Shown here: positions 63,057 through 64,000 of the stretch, in pieces
Layout: each line of letters starts with the position of its first letter
How positions within the stretch are numbered: position 1 is the first letter of the stretch
From: Octopus vulgaris
Taxonomy: Eukaryota
Reading direction: 5' to 3'
Length of the DNA: 64,000 nt
Assembly: GCA_951406725.2 (NCBI GenBank)
Contig: OX597814.1
Span: forward strand, 150,040,001 to 150,104,000
Translations under genes and position numbers: made by a program
Notes under the pieces: generated by a model
Told to the model about the DNA's origin: nothing
The model's database searches: none
The model's input: only the letters and a program-made list of their open reading frames with translations

Positions 63057-64000
63057 ATTGGTCACTCTCTCTCTCTCTCTCATTGGTCTCTCTCTCTCTC
63101 TCTCCCATTGGTCTCTATCTCTCTCTCCCTCTCTTTCTCTTGTTTTTCCTCTGACTAGGTAACCAAGTATCTCCTTTACATCAACAGTGTGTGTCTGTGT
63201 GTATGTTGTGTATCTTTGTTTGTCCCCACAACATCACTTGACAACCGATGCAGGTGTGTTTACGTCCCTGTAACTTAGCAGTTCAGTAAAAAACACCGAT
63301 AAAATAAGTACTAGGTTTCCAAAGAATAAGTCCTGGTGTCGATTTGATTCGACTAAAGGAGGTGCTCCAACATGGCCGCAGTCAAATGACTGAAACAAGT
63401 AAAAGAGTAGAAGAGTAAAAGAATGAAGCATAAATGAAATGAGAGCAAAATTGTGTACAAAAGCAGTCTAATGTAGTGTACAAGAGAGATACTAAGCTGC
63501 CTGTATTTCTTTGACTGAATGGTTAAGAACTTTACTTCAGATTCATATGACTTACACTTCATTTCCTTGTCAATGGAAATCTTATATTTTAGCCAAGGCA
63601 CTTTATTTCTGATTGCTCCTGTCTACTCAGCTGGCAAAAATGAGTTGTACTTGTAAATGAAAGGGCCAGCCTTGTAACATTCTGTGTCATGCTGACTCTC
63701 TCTGAGAATTACGTTAAGGGTACGCATGTCTGTGGAGTGCTCAGCCACTTGCACATTAGTTTCACGAGCTGGCTGTTCAGTTGACTGGATGAACTGGAGA
63801 GCCAGGCCATTACAGGTCTATGTTGATCAATGCCTTGTACATGAAATTTAGTCAATGGAAACTGTAAGAAGCCTGTTGTATATGTATGTGTGAGCATTTT
63901 GTGTGTGTGTATGTGTGTTTGTGTGTGTGTGTGCATTTGTTTCTATCTTCTCTTCTCATATGAACTCTAATAACTGTAAACAAAGCTACCAGCTTACAAA

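Overview
AT-rich, repeat-saturated eukaryotic genomic DNA. The SINE/MITE/microsatellite repertoire suggests a coleoid cephalopod (Octopus-like); this is an inference. The only host gene I can support is a + strand, multi-exon MINDY4 (FAM188B) deubiquitinase: 7 phase-compatible GT-AG exons between 28279 and 58770, including the YGIVQKK|GGPCGVLAAVQ catalytic-Cys motif. I did not find exon 1 or the 3' exons. Most of these exons are invisible in the ORF track, and almost all listed ORFs are microsatellite or TE noise. The rest is tRNA-derived SINEs, hAT/piggyBac-type/mariner MITEs, a Tigger/pogo element, a Helitron, RTE and Penelope (PLE) remnants, a solo LTR and a decayed gag/ORF1-like region. 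The most unusual signals are: (1) several hammerhead-ribozyme-like motifs on PLE-type repeats, including a candidate non-circularly permuted, pseudoknotted hammerhead (5401-5484) with covariation in a second copy, and a U3:A8 covariant minimal hammerhead on both arms of a ~190-bp-arm palindrome; (2) a ~3.8 kb array of alternating inverted copies with flip/flop hairpin loops (21085-24842); (3) a circularly permuted, inverted duplication 38 kb from its source; (4) a duplicated splice acceptor that creates a potential 21-nt in-frame micro-exon.
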